DNA of 64,000 nucleotides from Lachnospiraceae bacterium (GTDB lineage Bacteria; Bacillota_I; Bacilli_A; RFN20; CAG-826): NCBI GenBank assembly GCA_963657245.1, contig CAVKLJ010000003.1, positions 65,219 to 129,218 of the forward strand, read 5' to 3'. Shown piece by piece: positions 61,672 to 64,000 of this stretch (position 1 is its first letter; each line of letters starts with the position of its first letter). The notes under the pieces were generated by a model. It saw only the letters and a program-made list of their open reading frames with translations, ran no database searches and was not told where the DNA came from. The position numbers and the translations under genes were made by a program.

Positions 61672-64000
61672 TTAGTTTTCTTTCTTTTTCTTCCAAGGCA
61701 ACGTTAACTTTTTCTTCATCGTTAATTTCATAACGAATCCATCAAGCAAATAGAGTGTGGCTGGAAGAACAAAGAGAATCATTGCAACCGCACATATTCC
61801 ACCAATTCCAATCAATAGACCAACGGTCGAAATTGAAGATTGAGATGAAATGATGCTGATGACAAAGCCACATACAACCAATATCAAACCTGAGGTGAAG
61901 ATAGTTGGCATTGCCGCTTGCAGGGCTTTTTGCAAAGATTCTTTCTTATCCATGCTTCGACGATTCTCAATGTAGTTATTTGACATTAAGATTCCGTAGT
62001 CGATTGTCGCGCCCATTAAGATACAAGTAACAATGATATAGCTCATGAAGAAGACGCCACTAGAAAGTATTTGAGTAGACATGGTGATGAAGACCGCACC
62101 TTGAATGATTGCTACAAGTAAGGTTGGCAAGGAGAGAGATTTGAACGTCAATAAGACGATGACAAAGATAGAAATAATCGTAAATATCGTAATGAATAAG
62201 TTATCGTGGGCAAATGAATTTTGTAAGTCATATGTTGAGACAATTTCACCAGTAACATGAGCATCATCACCAAAGACGTTTTTAACTTCCGTTTCAAGGT
62301 ATTTAACAAAGTCTGTCGTTTCATCTCCGCCATTTGCTAAATCGAGTGAAAGTAACATTCTTGAATAGCTATCGCCTTTTAAGAGAGTGTTTGCTCTAGC
62401 AATATCTCCATCCGCCTCATTGATTTTGCTGCGTTTTGCATCATCGATTTTGCTTGATAACAAACTATTGCTATCCATGTTCTTTTTCACGAAGCTAAGA
62501 AGGTCACAAGCTCTGATAGCAGAGAATTTTCCTTCATTCTTTTCGTTAAGGTATTTAACGTAAGAACCGCTGATCTCTGCTTCATCGATGGTTGAGGAAA
62601 TGGATGCACTCTTAATCTCTTTTTTCAACGAATTAAGCACGGTGTACATGCCTTTATAAGAGTATTTGGTTTCATCTTCTAAATACTTATCGATGGCAAG
62701 CATATCCGAAAGCTTTTCTTTGGTATCGCTTGATAATTGAGCGTTGATAACCTCATTCTCTTTGCTTTCTGTAACGATGTAATTCACGAATGTTTTGCCA
62801 TTGATTTTTGAATATTCTTCTCCACCAATCTCTCTAAAATAAGCAATATATATTTGTTGGATTTGCTCGTTAGAGACATTGACTTCAGGAAGGGCTCCGC
62901 TTAATCCGTAAGCGATTTGTTTTAAGGTTGGAACGAATGATTCATAATCATAAGAAGAATGGATTGCTCCATAAAGAGCATCATACTGAGCGATCGTTGT
63001 TATTGCACTTTGATCAGTGATCATTCCTGATGAAAGGAGGAATTTCATCAAAGGAAGGAAAGGAATACTATCCTTAACTTCTTCACCAATTGAAGCATAA
63101 TAGCCAGCATAGATTTGATCAAGTTGAGCATCGGATAATAAGACTCCATAATTAGAGTACATATAACCTTGAAGTTGTTTCTTTGTTAACTCTTGATCCA
63201 TTTGAGTGTTGAAGGTAACTATACCAGAAGAAAGAGTTTTTAGTTGAGTAATTGTATTCTCGTCGAATGAGGATTTCATTTCTTCAGTTTGAGAACAAGC
63301 GATCATGAAATTAAGCATTGTCTCAAATGGTGCTTTTCCTTCTTCATCATAGAAATAAAGGCCATACATCTGTTCGATGGAGAATAAGGTTACATCAGCC
63401 CCTTCGAAAGAAGAAATCTCTATGTAGAATTCCTCTGCAGACAAGTCGGAGCTCATGATATCGTCGACTTTAACGATTGTGTTTAAAGTCTCTTTGATAT
63501 CATCATCCATCAATTCTTTTGCGTCTTCATCTTCTTCCATTAAAGAATATGTGTAATCAACGAAATCAGTGAAAGAGAGTTTCAATTGATCAGGATCTTC
63601 ATATAAGTGATACATGCTCATAAGAAGAGATGCTTCAGATTCATCCATCTCAATCTTTTGAGAAATCATCTTTAAGTCGTATTCTTCTTCAACGGTATTG
63701 CTATAAGAAGTGTAACTAGATAAAACCCCTTCGCCATTTGCTTTCTTGTAAGCATTAACCTTTTCGATTAACTTAGTTTCTTTTTCTGAAGCGTTATCTT
63801 GGTTTTTATATAAAACGACGACGGTGTTATTTTGCCCGAACGTGTCCACTATCGCTGAATTTGAACTTTTAGAATCAGTAAATGTATATGGCGTTCTGGT
63901 TTGTAAATAACCACATGTACAGATTAAAACTAACGCCAATGGGACGATGACTTTGTTTCCTTTTACTGCAAAATCCGCAAATACTTTTCCATTTGGACAA
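61672..64000 (-). CDS. MMPL/RND-superfamily membrane transporter; N-terminus lies outside the window
   Basis: The reading frame stays open on the minus strand to nt 64000 (...CPNGKVFADFAVKGNKVIVPLALVLI...). A large extracytoplasmic domain is followed by 5 C-terminal TM helices, which is an MMPL-like half. Confidence 0.65.
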   Translation of the reverse strand, partial: CPNGKVFADFAVKGNKVIVPLALVLICTCGYLQTRTPYTFTDSKSSNSAIVDTFGQNNTVVVLYKNQDNASEKETKLIEKVNAYKKANGEGVLSSYTSYSNTVEEEYDLKMISQKIEMDESEASLLMSMYHLYEDPDQLKLSFTDFVDYTYSLMEEDEDAKELMDDDIKETLNTIVKVDDIMSSDLSAEEFYIEISSFEGADVTLFSIEQMYGLYFYDEEGKAPFETMLNFMIACSQTEEMKSSFDENTITQLKTLSSGIVTFNTQMDQELTKKQLQGYMYSNYGVLLSDAQLDQIYAGYYASIGEEVKDSIPFLPLMKFLLSSGMITDQSAITTIAQYDALYGAIHSSYDYESFVPTLKQIAYGLSGALPEVNVSNEQIQQIYIAYFREIGGEEYSKINGKTFVNYIVTESKENEVINAQLSSDTKEKLSDMLAIDKYLEDETKYSYKGMYTVLNSLKKEIKSASISSTIDEAEISGSYVKYLNEKNEGKFSAIRACDLLSFVKKNMDSNSLLSSKIDDAKRSKINEADGDIARANTLLKGDSYSRMLLSLDLANGGDETTDFVKYLETEVKNVFGDDAHVTGEIVSTYDLQNSFAHDNLFITIFTIISIFVIVLLTFKSLSLPTLLVAIIQGAVFITMSTQILSSGVFFMSYIIVTCILMGATIDYGILMSNNYIENRRSMDKKESLQKALQAAMPTIFTSGLILVVCGFVISIISSQSSISTVGLLIGIGGICAVAMILFVLPATLYLLDGFVMKLTMKKKLTLPWKKKKEN

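Noticed and set aside
1-64000. An alternative genetic code (UGA = Trp), as in many Mollicutes.
   Set aside because: Long family-consistent ORFs are intact under the standard code. TGA also terminates at least one gene at the expected C-terminus (9244..10293, colinear with its paralog). Code 11 fits.

Overview
This is an AT-rich, gene-dense chromosomal window from a low-GC Bacillota, probably Mollicutes- or Erysipelotrichia-like. Supporting signs are a perfect CIRCE operator in front of an N-domain-less clpB, many lipoproteins with poly-Ser linkers after the lipobox Cys, and the standard code with TGA used as a stop. I saw no rRNA, tRNA, CRISPR array, transposase or integrase. All family calls come from motifs read by eye; no searches were run.

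Housekeeping content: fucO, hypB-hypA, clpB, a glf-manA-glcK operon, a Na/Pi cotransporter, a CDF transporter, a GPH/MFS symporter, guaB (lacking its Bateman domain), guaA, a 2-ATPase plus giant-permease ABC system, TetR, MFS, HAD and a partial MMPL protein. There is also a divergent island of five surface lipoproteins (30.4-38.6 kb).

Two things stand out.

1. At 44.5-45.4 kb, between a 1000-aa SF1 helicase-nuclease and a small RHH gene, lie two full and one decayed copy of a ~290-nt module. Each full copy has a perfect TTGATA-N17-TATAAT promoter, a strong SD and a conserved 21-codon sORF ending Lys-Pro-Pro-stop. Each also has a long-range helix with compensatory changes between copies and a hairpin burying a GGAGG.

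2. Six scattered 'orphan' ATPase or DNA-binding genes each carry a private array of helically phased 7-10 bp words over their promoter. These are three AlbA_2/HATPase_c_4 paralogs, two AAA-plus-HTH paralogs and one AAA_14/DUF4143 gene. An HTH-Fic gene carries its own word set too. The two AAA-HTH paralogs share the same promoter architecture, but their words differ at two positions.

Smaller points: an A_AAA_AAC -1 frameshift site at the start of the HTH-Fic gene, a G8 tract inside a lipoprotein gene, and a decayed AbiEi antitoxin.
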